Source of the DNA: Flaccisagitta enflata
Lineage: Eukaryota
Assembly: GCA_965153355.1 (NCBI GenBank)
Contig: OZ231126.1
Coordinates: forward strand, 42,656,001-42,720,000
Length of the DNA: 64,000 bases
Direction of reading: 5' to 3'
Of this stretch, positions 1 through 10,376 are shown in pieces (the first letter of the stretch is position 1; the number at the start of each line of letters is the position of its first letter). Made by a program: the position numbers and the translations under genes. The notes under the pieces were generated by a model that was not told the DNA's origin, did not search any database, and worked only from the letters and a program-made list of their open reading frames with translations.

Positions 1-654
1 GGACTACGTCGCTCTTCTCTCATCGTTCATCGCGTCGGTCCAGTGAAATTAACGGACACGGTCACCGTCAATCGTCGCGGACCCGTCAATCGAAGCCTTT
101 TGTTTGGGAGAGATAGAAAAAGTCTCCTTTTCCTCGTCACATCAAAGAGCCAAGGTCGGCTCTCTCTCTGTCCCCAGCTGGATTGAGAACAACGAAACAT
201 CGCGAATCTCGAGTGGGAAATTAAAACTTTTCCTCCATCGTCTTAGAACATAAAGTTGGGCCTACCGTCTGCCCTTCTTTAGTCGCTGCTTCTTCGCCTA
301 AAAGTAAGAGAGAATATCGCGATTTCAAGTAAAAGTTAATACGTCTTTTCGTCGTGTTTAAGTGAACACGTGGGCCATCGTGAGTTGATCTTGCATTGGC
401 CCAAAGTCAAACGGAAAAGTTGTATCTCCTCTTTCTCCGTGTGTCAATTCATCAAGTTTTTCTCTCTCTTAATCCATCCATTGTCCGTCGGTCCAAACAT
501 CGGAGTATGTCTTCGTAGTTTGGCCCGTCATCGTTAATCTCCCTCTTCACCGGTGGTAAAAGTAACTCACCACCGCCCGTCGCTTCTATTGTTGTTCATC
601 GATCAATGACTGTTGTTCTCCGACGATTGACTGTTATCTACCGCGGTCTGAGGA

Positions 655-891
655 ATGACCCGTAGCACAAACAAGGAAACGCTTGATCGGTTCATTGCTC
701 TCTCTGAACAAATTGGGGAGAAAGAAGAGACCGACGACGACTACAGTAATCTCGCCGATCAGTTTAATTCTCTTCTCGCCGATTTACTACTTCATTTCGA
801 TACATTTTCGCCCGAACAAAGACAAAGGACGAAGGAATACAAAGTAAGGAGTAAGAGAATTATATGTGCGCTTCATCAAAGCTCACACTGA
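655..891 (+). CDS. Short upstream ORF, a diverged duplicate of the N-terminus of the 866 ORF
   Basis: RFIALSEQ..ETDDDYSNLADQFNSLLADLLLHFDTFSPEQRQR aligns by eye with RFIKAH..SADDDYTVAGNNFNSLLKEALDNLPSFTPAQRRF. Confidence 0.45.
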   Translation: MTRSTNKETLDRFIALSEQIGEKEETDDDYSNLADQFNSLLADLLLHFDTFSPEQRQRTKEYKVRSKRIICALHQSSH

Positions 892-3800
892 CTTGGATCG
901 TTTCTTAAAAGGGACCGAATCTGCCGACGACGATTATACAGTAGCCGGCAATAATTTTAACTCTCTTCTTAAAGAAGCACTCGATAATCTTCCCTCATTT
1001 ACACCCGCCCAACGCCGTTTCATCGAAGATAGCAAAAGAAAGACTTTTCTTCCTAAACATCGTTTGGCCCGTTGTCGTGCACGTAGCCGGTCACAGTCCC
1101 GGTCACGTTCTCCCTCAGTCTCTCGACAACCGAGTCTCTCTTCGGAGGAAAGTTTTGCGTCGACATCTACGAATTCAACCGTCACAATGGGCGACGCCGC
1201 GAAAAAGAAAGCGGACGAAGAGGCGGCAAAGAAAGTCGCCGATGCTTCGCTGAATAAGAGTACCGGCTCTACTGCTTCAGCCGCCCGCCTCGCCGTCCTA
1301 AAATTAAAAATGTCCGAAGCCGCCGATGCCGCCGAAATGGAACAAGACCTGTTACGATCGGAACAGTTAAAATTAAAGCACTCCCTCCGAAGCCAGAAAC
1401 GCGCTCTTTTGCAAGAAGCAATCGAGGAATTGGATGATGCCGAATTAGCCGAGGGTCTCGCATCCCTCGATGTGGACGACGCAGCTGCTCTGCCGACTCC
1501 CGCGCCCGCTGCTGCAGCCGCAGCCGCGACACCGCCGTCCGCCGATATCTCTCAACTGGTGGGCAGCCAAAGATTAAAGAATACGACGCCGACTGCCGCT
1601 GAAAAGTTTAGCGGCGGCCCGGAGGCGTACTCGCGTTTTATCGTCAAGTTTCAAAGCCACGTCATGAATCTTCAAGGAGTCACTGACGCAGAACGATTCG
1701 TCGCCCTTCAAGACTGGACCGCCGGTGAAGCTCTCAAGATGGTCTCCACTTACATCTACAATCCAGATAAGTCCGAGTCATTGAAAGAAGCCTTAGATGA
1801 GTTGAAATTTTTCTATGGCAAGCGCCAAGGGAAGGCTGAGGGCAACTTGGCCAAGATTTTGGAGGGAAAGGAGGTCCAAACGAATTCAATTGAGGGAGTG
1901 AAGGAGTTAATCCAAGAGATTAAGGAGATGGCAGCTTTTGCCAAGGCGACAAAGGATGATTCATTTTTGGAGTTGAAAGCCACAGTGGTATCAATAGTTA
2001 AGAGGCGACTGAGCTACAAGCTCAAAGAGAAATTCTCAAAGGTCTGTGGGACAGCAGAGGATAAGGGAGAAAAGGTCAATGTAGATCTTCTCATCAAGTT
2101 TTTAAAGGACTGGTTCAAGGAAATCAGTAGAAGCTTTGGCATGGTGGAGTTAGTTGAAAGTAAGCCTGCCTCATCATCATCTCCCTCCTCTTCTCCTAGT
2201 TTCAAAGGTTTGCCAAAGACGGCCGCTCTGTCGAAACCATCACCATTCTCCAAGGCCAACATCGCCGCCATGGAGGCAAACGAGCTGGGTATTTCCCAGC
2301 GCCGCCCGCAGCAGCAGCAGCCTCGCTTTAACCCGTCGCCGCAGCAGCCGCACACATCTTCGTCGACGCCGCAGCAGCTGCGCACATCTTCGTCGACGCA
2401 GCAGCATCAGTGGGTTCCCAGCAGCATTCAGTGGTCACAACAGACTCAGCAGTTAAGTCCAGTTTGTTTGTACTGTTCAGATGCCCATCTTTTGGATGGA
2501 TGCCCAAAGTTTAGTGAATTGAGTGTTCCAGAAAGGAAGCATTTTCTATTCAAGCAGCGCCTCTGCCTGAAATGTTTCGGAAGAAACCATCAAATTGGAA
2601 AGTGTCGTGAGAAAGTGCAGTGTCTCTTGTGTAATCGACTTGGTCATAATACCCTCCTTCATGCTGCTCCTCTCACATCTCAGAGCCCTCAAGTCCCTTC
2701 CTCAAGCAGTGGAATGGTCAACGTGATGCCGGTCGGATCCAATGTGGACGTGCAGAATCGTCTCCTTCAGCTCTCTGGGACCCAAGTGGTGGATCCGACT
2801 CCAGCAGAGACAGGGGCCGCTCCCCTAGAAGGTCAGGTTAATGTTACAGCTGCTGTGTCAAATGTTGATTGTTTTAGACCAGTTCTTGCGGTCAAAGTTA
2901 ATCTCCCTGGTGGTAGGTCCACCTCAGTTTATGCCTTATATGATACGGGCTCGAATAAAACGCTCATTACCCAAGATTTCCAGTGCAAGTTCAACATCGC
3001 GACTCGACAGCAGTTTGTTACGCTGAATGGACTGGGCTCGTCCTCATCGGGTCAAAGGGATGTCGCAACATTCTCGCTCCAGTCGCTCGTGGATCCCAAG
3101 ACGGTTTGGGATGGCGTCGAAGCATACGTCGTCGAGTCTTTGCCCTTCAAGCCAGGTCATATTGCTCGTCAGCATCATGTTGACAAGTTTGATTACATGG
3201 AAGGCGCTAAGTTGATTGAGTTGGATTCTGATAACATTTCAATTCTTATCGGTACTGACCTAGCACCTGCCTTTGTCCATTACGAGGCGCGAATCCTTAA
3301 TCGATCCTCCCCAGTTGCGCTGAGATCGCCATTTGGTTGGTCGTTGATGGGCCCAATTGACCGCCCGTCAAAGTCTGCGTGGGCCGCTTACGTTTCTTTT
3401 GATGAAGGGAAGCAGCTGAATGATCAACTGGAGAAATATTTTCGCGCCGATTTCCCGGATGCGCCATCAGCCAAGGTTGGAAGATCGCGTCAAGATCAGC
3501 GTGCCGAGGACATGATGAAAACTTCATGCAAGTTTGTCGATGGGAGAATTCAAGTGGGACTCCTGTGGGACAAAGATCGTGAGACGACTGCAGCCCTTAT
3601 GCCATTCGCAGCGTCGGAGGCTACCGCTCGTGTCCGGACTATCAAGATGGTTCGTCGCCTTTCCAAGACTCCGCATCTCAAGAAGGTTGTGGAAGACTCG
3701 GTGGAGAAGCTCCTCGCTGAAGGTTGGGCTGAAGTTGTTGACATGAAAGCCCCAACATCTGACATTCTGTGGTATCTCCCGGGTGTCCTTAGTGAGCGCA

Positions 3801-4723
3801 AGGGCAAGCACAGGTTTTGTCTTGATGGTGCTGCTGAAAGTTTTGGAGTGAGTTTGAATTCCATGTTGTTAACTGGTGAGGGATCAAATGTTACGATCTT
3901 TAACGCTTTGTCGAACGCGCGAAGATATAACTACTTCGCATGTGGTGACATCAAGTCATGTTTTCATCAGATTCTCATCCCTCCAGAGGATCGAGATGCC
4001 CTTAGGTTCTTCAGGTGGCTGCCTGGTCAAGAAGACGTCCTCGAGTGCATCCGGATGTGCCGTAACATCTTCGGGTCCGCTTGCTCAACAGCCATCAATT
4101 CCTTCGCCATTCGCTACAATGCAGAAGTCAATGGCGCTGATTTCGCCAGGGAGGTCATCGAGGCGATTCTTCGAGCCTACGTCGACGATGTTCCGACATC
4201 TTCTCCCACAGAGGAAAGTAGCATTGAGCTGGTCCGTGGTCTTATTGATTTGTGCGCTCGTGGTGGTTTCCCATTGACAAAGTTTGTCGCTAACTCTCAA
4301 GCCATTTTAGATTCCATCCCCCCAGATCTCAAAGCCGAGGGATTCAAGGGACAAGGGCCGCTCCCTTCAACGTCGGTGCTCGGGGTCAAGTATGACCCAA
4401 TGGAGGATACTTTTCGCATCAAGTCCGCCGCGAAAAGTGGTGGGGGTCCATGGACTCGAAAACGCGTTCTCTCCGTGGTGATGGGTATCTTCGACCCTCT
4501 CGGCCAAGTCGCTCCGTACACGCTGTTGGGAAAGAAGATGAACCAGGAGTTGTGCGCCGCCAAGTTTGGCTGGGATCCGCCGCTGCCGCCTGAAGTTGAC
4601 GCCAGAGTGGAGAAGTGGTTCCAAGGTATGGAGCAGTTGCAGTCTTTGCCTATCGTTCGCTCATTTGGTCTAACCTATCATGGCCAACCAGTTATCTTTT
4701 CACATTTACTGACGCCTCGATAG
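866..4723 (+). CDS. BEL/Pao Gag-protease-reverse transcriptase polyprotein (start uncertain: GTG 866 or ATG 1187); frameshifted at the start of RNase H
   Basis: Gag motif FSGGPEAYSRFIVKF; knuckles CLYC..H..C, CLKCF..NH..C, CLLC..GHNTLLH; aspartic protease ALYDTGS; RT motifs GDIKSCFHQI, IFGSACS, YVDD; Pao-type RVLSVVMGIFDPLG. Confidence 0.93.
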   Translation: MRFIKAHTDLDRFLKGTESADDDYTVAGNNFNSLLKEALDNLPSFTPAQRRFIEDSKRKTFLPKHRLARCRARSRSQSRSRSPSVSRQPSLSSEESFASTSTNSTVTMGDAAKKKADEEAAKKVADASLNKSTGSTASAARLAVLKLKMSEAADAAEMEQDLLRSEQLKLKHSLRSQKRALLQEAIEELDDAELAEGLASLDVDDAAALPTPAPAAAAAAATPPSADISQLVGSQRLKNTTPTAAEKFSGGPEAYSRFIVKFQSHVMNLQGVTDAERFVALQDWTAGEALKMVSTYIYNPDKSESLKEALDELKFFYGKRQGKAEGNLAKILEGKEVQTNSIEGVKELIQEIKEMAAFAKATKDDSFLELKATVVSIVKRRLSYKLKEKFSKVCGTAEDKGEKVNVDLLIKFLKDWFKEISRSFGMVELVESKPASSSSPSSSPSFKGLPKTAALSKPSPFSKANIAAMEANELGISQRRPQQQQPRFNPSPQQPHTSSSTPQQLRTSSSTQQHQWVPSSIQWSQQTQQLSPVCLYCSDAHLLDGCPKFSELSVPERKHFLFKQRLCLKCFGRNHQIGKCREKVQCLLCNRLGHNTLLHAAPLTSQSPQVPSSSSGMVNVMPVGSNVDVQNRLLQLSGTQVVDPTPAETGAAPLEGQVNVTAAVSNVDCFRPVLAVKVNLPGGRSTSVYALYDTGSNKTLITQDFQCKFNIATRQQFVTLNGLGSSSSGQRDVATFSLQSLVDPKTVWDGVEAYVVESLPFKPGHIARQHHVDKFDYMEGAKLIELDSDNISILIGTDLAPAFVHYEARILNRSSPVALRSPFGWSLMGPIDRPSKSAWAAYVSFDEGKQLNDQLEKYFRADFPDAPSAKVGRSRQDQRAEDMMKTSCKFVDGRIQVGLLWDKDRETTAALMPFAASEATARVRTIKMVRRLSKTPHLKKVVEDSVEKLLAEGWAEVVDMKAPTSDILWYLPGVLSERKGKHRFCLDGAAESFGVSLNSMLLTGEGSNVTIFNALSNARRYNYFACGDIKSCFHQILIPPEDRDALRFFRWLPGQEDVLECIRMCRNIFGSACSTAINSFAIRYNAEVNGADFAREVIEAILRAYVDDVPTSSPTEESSIELVRGLIDLCARGGFPLTKFVANSQAILDSIPPDLKAEGFKGQGPLPSTSVLGVKYDPMEDTFRIKSAAKSGGGPWTRKRVLSVVMGIFDPLGQVAPYTLLGKKMNQELCAAKFGWDPPLPPEVDARVEKWFQGMEQLQSLPIVRSFGLTYHGQPVIFSHLLTPR

Positions 4724-5290
4724 TCGGCTCTGGCGCCGTTTCTTTCTTCTTCAGATATTATTGAGGCCAGGCCAAGTTGTTGCCAGCCAAGTCATTAGTC
4801 CGCCAACTAAGGAGACCAACAGCTGATGTCAATCCGGATCAATTCCTAGGTTGGAGTTGCAGGCCGCCGTCACTGGAGTGGAATTGTCGACGCAGATCAA
4901 GGAAGACATCGATGTCCAGATCTCCTGAGAATACTTCTTCACGGATTCCACGACAGTCTACTTCTGGATCCAGGGCAAGGATGGTAAGCATCCCGTATTT
5001 GTTGCCAACCGTCTTAACAAGATTCATCTTACCCATCCAGATGCCCCGCCGAAGCAGTGGCGATGGGTACCGACAGGACTCAACCCTGCCGACGTCGTTT
5101 CCCGAGGTGCCATGCCCGACGACACTGAAGCCTGGAAGCTGTTCCACGAAGGTCTGCGCTTCATCGCCTGTCCTGAAGATGGGTGGCCTTTGCTTCCTGT
5201 CCCCGATGAAGTCATGGTGGGGGCATCCAACGTCGCTGATCCGCTAGTTCAGGAAAGTAACCCTGTTGTCATTGGTTGCTTGCAGGCCTG
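4705..5290 (+). pseudogene. BEL/Pao RNase H region, disrupted by frameshifts and an in-frame TGA
   Basis: Manual translation: FTDASIVGSGAVSF from 4705, then SIPRLELQAAVTG, FTDSTTVYFWI, FVANRL, WRWVPTGLNPADVVSRG; TGA near 4927. Confidence 0.88.
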
Positions 5291-5599
5291 TATATTGTTC
5301 CGTATTCCTTTCTCTGTGGGGGGGGGAAAATAATCAAAGGGTTTGAAGAAAGGGAAGGAAAAGAAAGGAGGAAAAAAGAGAAAAAAAGAAAAATTGGGGA
5401 AAATATAATTTTTGCCAATAAAAAATCACAAAACATAATAAGTAATATAAAATTTAACACTATTTAAACCTTAAACACCCAGTTTTAGAGGTTTATGGGG
5501 AAGAAAAACATTGAGTGGTAATGCCACGCAATGTGTCACGGGGAAGAAAATCAAAGGCAGGGGGGGGGAAACTAATCAAAGGTTATGGAATTATATACA

Positions 5600-7178
5600 C
5601 CCCTGGTTGCTTGGAAAGTTTGCTACGTCGCAAAAGTAACTTCACATCTATCATGCGCATTGTCAGTTATGTCCTTCGCTACGTGGGCCGCTCCCGCAAG
5701 AAAGCTGACAAGTTTAATACTGCAATTTCGTCTCTCCCCAGTGCCTCAGAGATGCAAGATGCCAAGGATCTCCTCATTCGAGACTGCCAACGTCGACATT
5801 TCCAAGCGGAAATCACGGTCTATACCGAAAGGACTGTGAAGCCGAGGAAGATCAAGCGAGTTCTCAACAGGTCAGCTTCGTCGTTGCGCCAATTGAACCC
5901 ATTTGTCGATGGCAAGGGATTTCTCCGAGTTGGCGGAAGGTTGGGTCTCTGCCAAGAGGCATTTGAAGTGTCTCATCCATTGATTCTGCCTTATGATGAT
6001 CCTCTTGTTAACCATCTCATCAAATTCATTCATGAGGAATTTGGTCACGCTGGCATCGAGTATGTTCTCTCCGAGTTACGCCGTCAGTTCTGGATCATCA
6101 AGGGTCGCCAAGCCGTCAAAAAGGTTCTGTGGCGATGCCTCACGTGTCGCCGTCGCCATCGTCATCCGGAGCAACAACAGATGGCGCCTCTCCCATCTTA
6201 TCGCATCGAAGTTGCGCCGCCCTTCACAGACACCGGAGTGGATCTCTTCGGCCCCATCTCAGTTAAGTCTGGCCATTATGGGAAGAAGGTGTGGGTGGTG
6301 TTGTTCTGCTGCATGCGTGTCAGAGCAGTCTTTCTTGAAGTAGAAGGATTTAAGCCAGACGCTCACCGAACCCACAGCGCTTTCACCTTCACCACAAGCG
6401 TCTCCACAGCGATCAGGGGACCAATCTCGTCGGCGCCAACAATTTGCTACAGTCAATGCTCGCCGAGTGGAAGAACGTCCCGGAGTCCGCTGTGTATCCT
6501 CGGCCAGTGGGCATCGAGTGGATCTTCATCCCGCCTCATGCGCCGCATCAAGGTGGAAGTTGGGAACGTCTCGTCGGAGTGGTGAAAAAGACCATTGGGG
6601 GTATGTCCTCCTCGGGTCTCTCCTCCGGTGACATCCAGTACAAACGCTTCCGCACCATTGTCCAAGTCGCCGCAGGGATCATCAACCGCCGCCCGTTGAC
6701 GCGATTCTCCTCTGATCCTCAAGATCTTCGGCCGCTGACGCCAGCGCATTTCCTCAATCCGGCAATGTCTCATCTGGTCCTTTTGTCTGATGCTCTCCCA
6801 TCAGTGCCGCTCACTGGAACGGAGCTGCGTCGATCGAAGGACGTCCTTCGTCCAATCCTCGATTCGTTCTGGAAGCAGTGGACCACTGAGTACGTTGCAA
6901 GTCTTCAGAAGAGGTCCAAGTGGATCTGTCGCCAACGCAACATAGCCAAAGGTGATCTCGTCCTCCATGTCGAAGAATCATTGCCCAGGGAACGCTGGCC
7001 CTTGGCCATCGTGACGGGCATCGTCCCCAGTGAAGATGGACTCGTTCGTCGTGTCCACATCCGAATCTCATCCGGTCAATCCCTCGAACGTGACGTTAGG
7101 AAGATTATCCTCCTTGAACGCGAAGGGGAAGATGAGAAGGTGGAGGAGGTGGTCATCGATGGTGGGGGAGATGAATGA
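5600..7178 (+). pseudogene. BEL/Pao integrase (HHCC zinc finger, DDE core, C-terminal domain), frameshifted near 6345-6420
   Basis: HPLILP..HEEFGHAG..CLTC; PFTDTGVDLFGP; HSDQGTNLVGA; WIFIPPHAPHQGGSWERLVG; INRRPLT; FWKQWTTEYVASLQKRSKW; GDLVL..RERWPLAIV..DGLVR. Confidence 0.92.
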
Positions 7179-7338
7179 CTCTATTTCATCGTTCTCATGT
7201 TGCGCCTAACGTTACCATTGATTATGTTTGTTGCCTATTGCAGTTAGTTTTTCATTTTGTAGCTATCTCATTCATGGGTTTTGGATGGGTTGTGGGTAGT
7301 TTAGTGTTGGTTAGAAATCTGCCTCTTGTTTGATTTCT

Positions 7339-7349
7339 AGATGGGGGTG
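7339..7349 (+). promoter_or_regulatory. Polypurine tract
   Basis: AGATGGGGGTG immediately before the LTR start. Confidence 0.7.
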
Positions 7350-7886
7350 TGTGATATTCGATGCTCTTTTTGCTACCCGCCATCTTTAGCCTATCATTGG
7401 CATCGTGGTATTTACTCGTGAATGTTCAGTTCTCGCTCACTCGTCGTTCATTGGCTGACGTCATCATGTTAGTATTCATCCGCGCACGCTTTATCGTTAT
7501 TGCCATATTTGGACATTGCGTCACCCGTTTTGAACCGCTTCACTGTCGCTCTAGAATTGTCAATCCGCGTGGGTGAGGGTTGAGTTTGGGGACTATTTTC
7601 TGTATAGCTCTTAAATACCAGAGCGCGTGGTCGTTTGTCAGTAGCAGTTCGTGGTGCAAGTTTAACCATCCGACTAATAGTAAGTTGAAGTTGATATTGA
7701 ATTATGTGCATTAAATTGTTGTATTTCTTTACGCCCTTTAGCCAAAGCCTAATGGTTTCACCCCCTTTTTGCCCCTCTCTTCAGTTTGACGTGTCGATGC
7801 GATGAAATAAATGTTTTGCGTTCAACCAATATGCTTTTCAATAGACGGAAAGGAGGTTACCTAATTTTCAAGCTAGAAATATAACA
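7350..7886 (+). repeat. 3' LTR (about 537 bp)
   Basis: Starts TGTGATATT and ends AATATAACA (8/9 inverted match); AATAAA at 7806-7811; follows the PPT. The predicted TSD would be the next bases (TAGTG), which cannot be confirmed without the 5' LTR. Confidence 0.8.
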
Positions 7887-7896
7887 TAGTGTCTTC

Positions 7897-7899
<3 letters not shown>

Positions 7900-7960
<61 letters not shown>

Positions 7961-7978
7961 TTCTCTCTGTCTCTCTCT

Positions 7979-8026
<48 letters not shown>

Positions 8027-8480
8027 TTCTCTTTGTTTCTGTTTTTCTCTTTCTCTCTCTCTCTTTCTCTCTCTTTTTTTTTTTTTTTTTTAAATTTTTA
8101 TTCTTTTTATCCTCTTTTTCACCCTATGAAACTCTAGCTATTCACTCTGTTTAATAGTTGTGCATTCTTTTTCTTCCTCCTCCTCTTCTTTATCTTTCAC
8201 TTACTCAAACTTTTCCTTATTCTCCCATATTTTTTACTCACCAAAACTATTATTATCTTTTTTCTTCTTCCTCCTCCTCTTTCTTTTTAAATTTTTCATC
8301 TTCTTCTGCTTTATCTTTCAGTCACTCAAACTCACACAATTTCCTCTTTCTCTTCCTTTTTTTTATCTTTTACTCACATTTACTTTCACTTAATCCTTAT
8401 CTTCTTTTTTTTCTTGCTTATTTATTTAATTGATTTTTTTTCATTTTTGACTCTCCCTTGATTTTCTTCTTTACTGTTTC
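7900..8480. repeat. (CT)n microsatellite and pyrimidine-rich low-complexity tract
   Basis: Directly visible. Confidence 0.95.
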
Positions 8481-8603
8481 TGTTAATATTGCATTGTATT
8501 GTGTAGTGAAAATTACAAAATTTGTTATATATATTCGGAAAATCAAATGTACAAGAATACTTTAATCCTATTACCTTATATAATTGCTCAAGCCTGATAA
8601 TCT

Positions 8604-8830
8604 GTAGAAGTGGAAGCGGAAGCTTTCAGCGCTTCCGCTTCCGCTTCCACTGTATCTGCTTCCGCTTCCGCTTTCATTTGATTTTTAATTTCTGCTTTCA
8701 ATTCCACTTCCACCATAATTCAAAAAATTGCTTCCACTTACGCTTTCACTAAGATTTCTAAAACCGCTTCCGCTTCCGCTTCCAGTGAGAAAGTGCCGCC
8801 TCCACCCGCTTCCGCTTCCACATCACTCTA
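8604..8830. mobile_element. Short element with (GCTTCC)n subterminal repeats and inverted ends
   Basis: GTGGAAGCGGAAGC on the left is inverted to GCTTCCGCTTCCAC on the right; related motifs at ~43340-43435 and ~62840-62950. Confidence 0.5.
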
Positions 8831-8917
8831 TTTTTTGAGGTTTTCAGTTTGTACATTTTGAGATAGAATTCTCTAGATGACAAGCTCAAACCAATTAAGA
8901 ACGCTTGACTGAGGGTT

Positions 8918-9270
8918 AATAGTCGCAGTGTTAAGTAATGGTCAGCGGTACCCGTGCCCCTTGCCTGAAGTAAGTTACGATGGTAGTTGAGGGAGGTAGT
9001 ATGTTAAATGCCCCAAGGGCCGAAGACTTATGCTTACACATGGGGAATTTTCTCCTCTTCCTCCTCCCCTTCTTCCCTCCCTCCGCACTTCCTCCGCACT
9101 CCCTCCCCAAACCTCCAGGCCCATATCTCAGCCCGAGGCCCATATCTCAGCCTCAGGCCCTCATTCAGTTTGAGGCCCAAATCTCTTGTCGTAACCTGGG
9201 GCCCCAAGGATTTAAATGGGGTTGGGGATTTGGGGCCTCGAGGTTGTGGATTTGTACTTTTTTTTTTGAG
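8918..9270 (-). mobile_element. Partial copy of the GGGCAGCGGCCCC long-inverted-repeat family
   Basis: Shares ATGGTCAGCGGTACCCGTGCCC tail, ATGGGGAATTTTCTCC block and GAGGCCCAAATC repeats with 25830-26330 and 33553-34000. Confidence 0.75.
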
Positions 9271-9329
9271 TAAGGATAAAGTTTGGCAAGGACATGAGGC
9301 TGAAATCTTGCCAAAATTAAGGATGGTTT

Positions 9330-9650
9330 ACACTATCTCCATAGCCGCCCCAAATCGACGCTGATTCTCACCAATCTTACCATGGTTGAGGCTTGGTGAG
9401 CAAACATCCCATGCAAAATTTCAGGCCTCTGGAACAGCAGGAACCTTTGTCAGGGTGACCATGAAGTTTCCATAGAAACCTATGGCAGAGAAAAAATTTG
9501 CATAATAGAAATATTGATTCCAATGCTAATTCAATACAACTTCAACCCCACCCTGACAAGGTTCTTGCTATCTCAGAGGCCCAAAATTTGCATGGAATAT
9601 TTTTTTACCTCTTCCCCAACTGTGGTAAGGATTTCAGGAGAGCTATAGTC
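9330..9650. mobile_element. Foldback MITE
   Basis: CATGCAAAATTT..AACCTTTGTCAGGGTG is inverted to CACCCTGACAAGGTT..AAATTTGCATG. Confidence 0.65.
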
Positions 9651-9707
9651 AAAGCTTCAAGGCCTACGGGACGATACATTTGCCAGCTTCCAGCCCTCAG
9701 ATTTATA

Positions 9708-10303
9708 AAAACAAGGCTAACACCTATAAGTCGCATGCGAGACTTAAATATGTAATTACTTTATTAGTTTTTATTATATAACCACATAACTAAAATGACT
9801 TTTATTGAATTTGATTAAATTAAGTTTTTATAACATGATTTAAAATGATTTAAAACGACCTAAAATGACTTAAAATGCCCTAATTTGACTTGAATTGACC
9901 TAAAATGACTAAAATGATTTAGTGACTAAAATAACTTAAATTGATTTAAATTGACATAAAATGACTTTAAATGACTTAAATTGATATAAAATGACTTAAA
10001 ATGATTTAAATTGACCTAGAATTACTGAAATTTTATTCAACTGACCTAAATTAACTTAAACAGACCTAATATCACTAAATGATGAAAACTATTAAAATAA
10101 CTCATATGACTTAAATTGACTTAAACTGACTTAAAATGACTTAAAATGATCTAATTTGACTTTTTAAATGACTTCACTTGTCTTAAAAACAAGCTAGTAG
10201 GGAATAAAACGAATAAAAAGTAAAGGTGATCTAACCATCAACCGACTCCACCAACCGAACACGGACAAAGCGGGTAGAGTCGCGTAGCACGCGACTAAAA
10301 AAA
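9708..10303 (-). mobile_element. Helentron/DINE-1-like non-autonomous element (AGTCGCG subfamily) with internal 10-bp repeat AAAATGACTT
   Basis: Terminal hairpin AGTCGCG-TAGCA-CGCGACT next to an A/T run, ACCG/ACGG microsatellite, opposite end AAACAAGGC with subTIR AGTCGCATGC. Confidence 0.75.
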
Positions 10304-10376
10304 TTTGATTTAAAATTTAGGTTATGTTATGCAACTTCTTAAAGAAAATAATCATTTACAGGAAACATAACATCTA

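Larger units (their letters stand above)
1..7886 (+). mobile_element. BEL/Pao-superfamily LTR retrotransposon (5' LTR not in window)
   Basis: Domain order Gag-PR-RT-RNase H-IN, triple Cys/His knuckle and BEL-type motifs (YVDD, SIPRLEL, NPAD, FIPPHAPHQGGSWERLV, LTPAHFL), followed by a PPT and an LTR with TG...CA ends. Confidence 0.95.

Noticed and set aside
1-650. 5' LTR or primer-binding site
   Set aside because: No visible similarity to 7350-7886; treated as internal 5' leader.
934-4624. Antisense and alternate-frame ORFs within gag-pol
   Set aside because: Shadow ORFs of a GC-rich coding region with no independent motifs.
5515-5600. N-terminus of the 356-aa ORF as a separate gene start
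   Set aside because: Lies in the low-complexity alien stretch; integrase is normally part of the polyprotein.
7179-7338. env-like third ORF
   Set aside because: Only about 160 bp between the integrase stop and the PPT.
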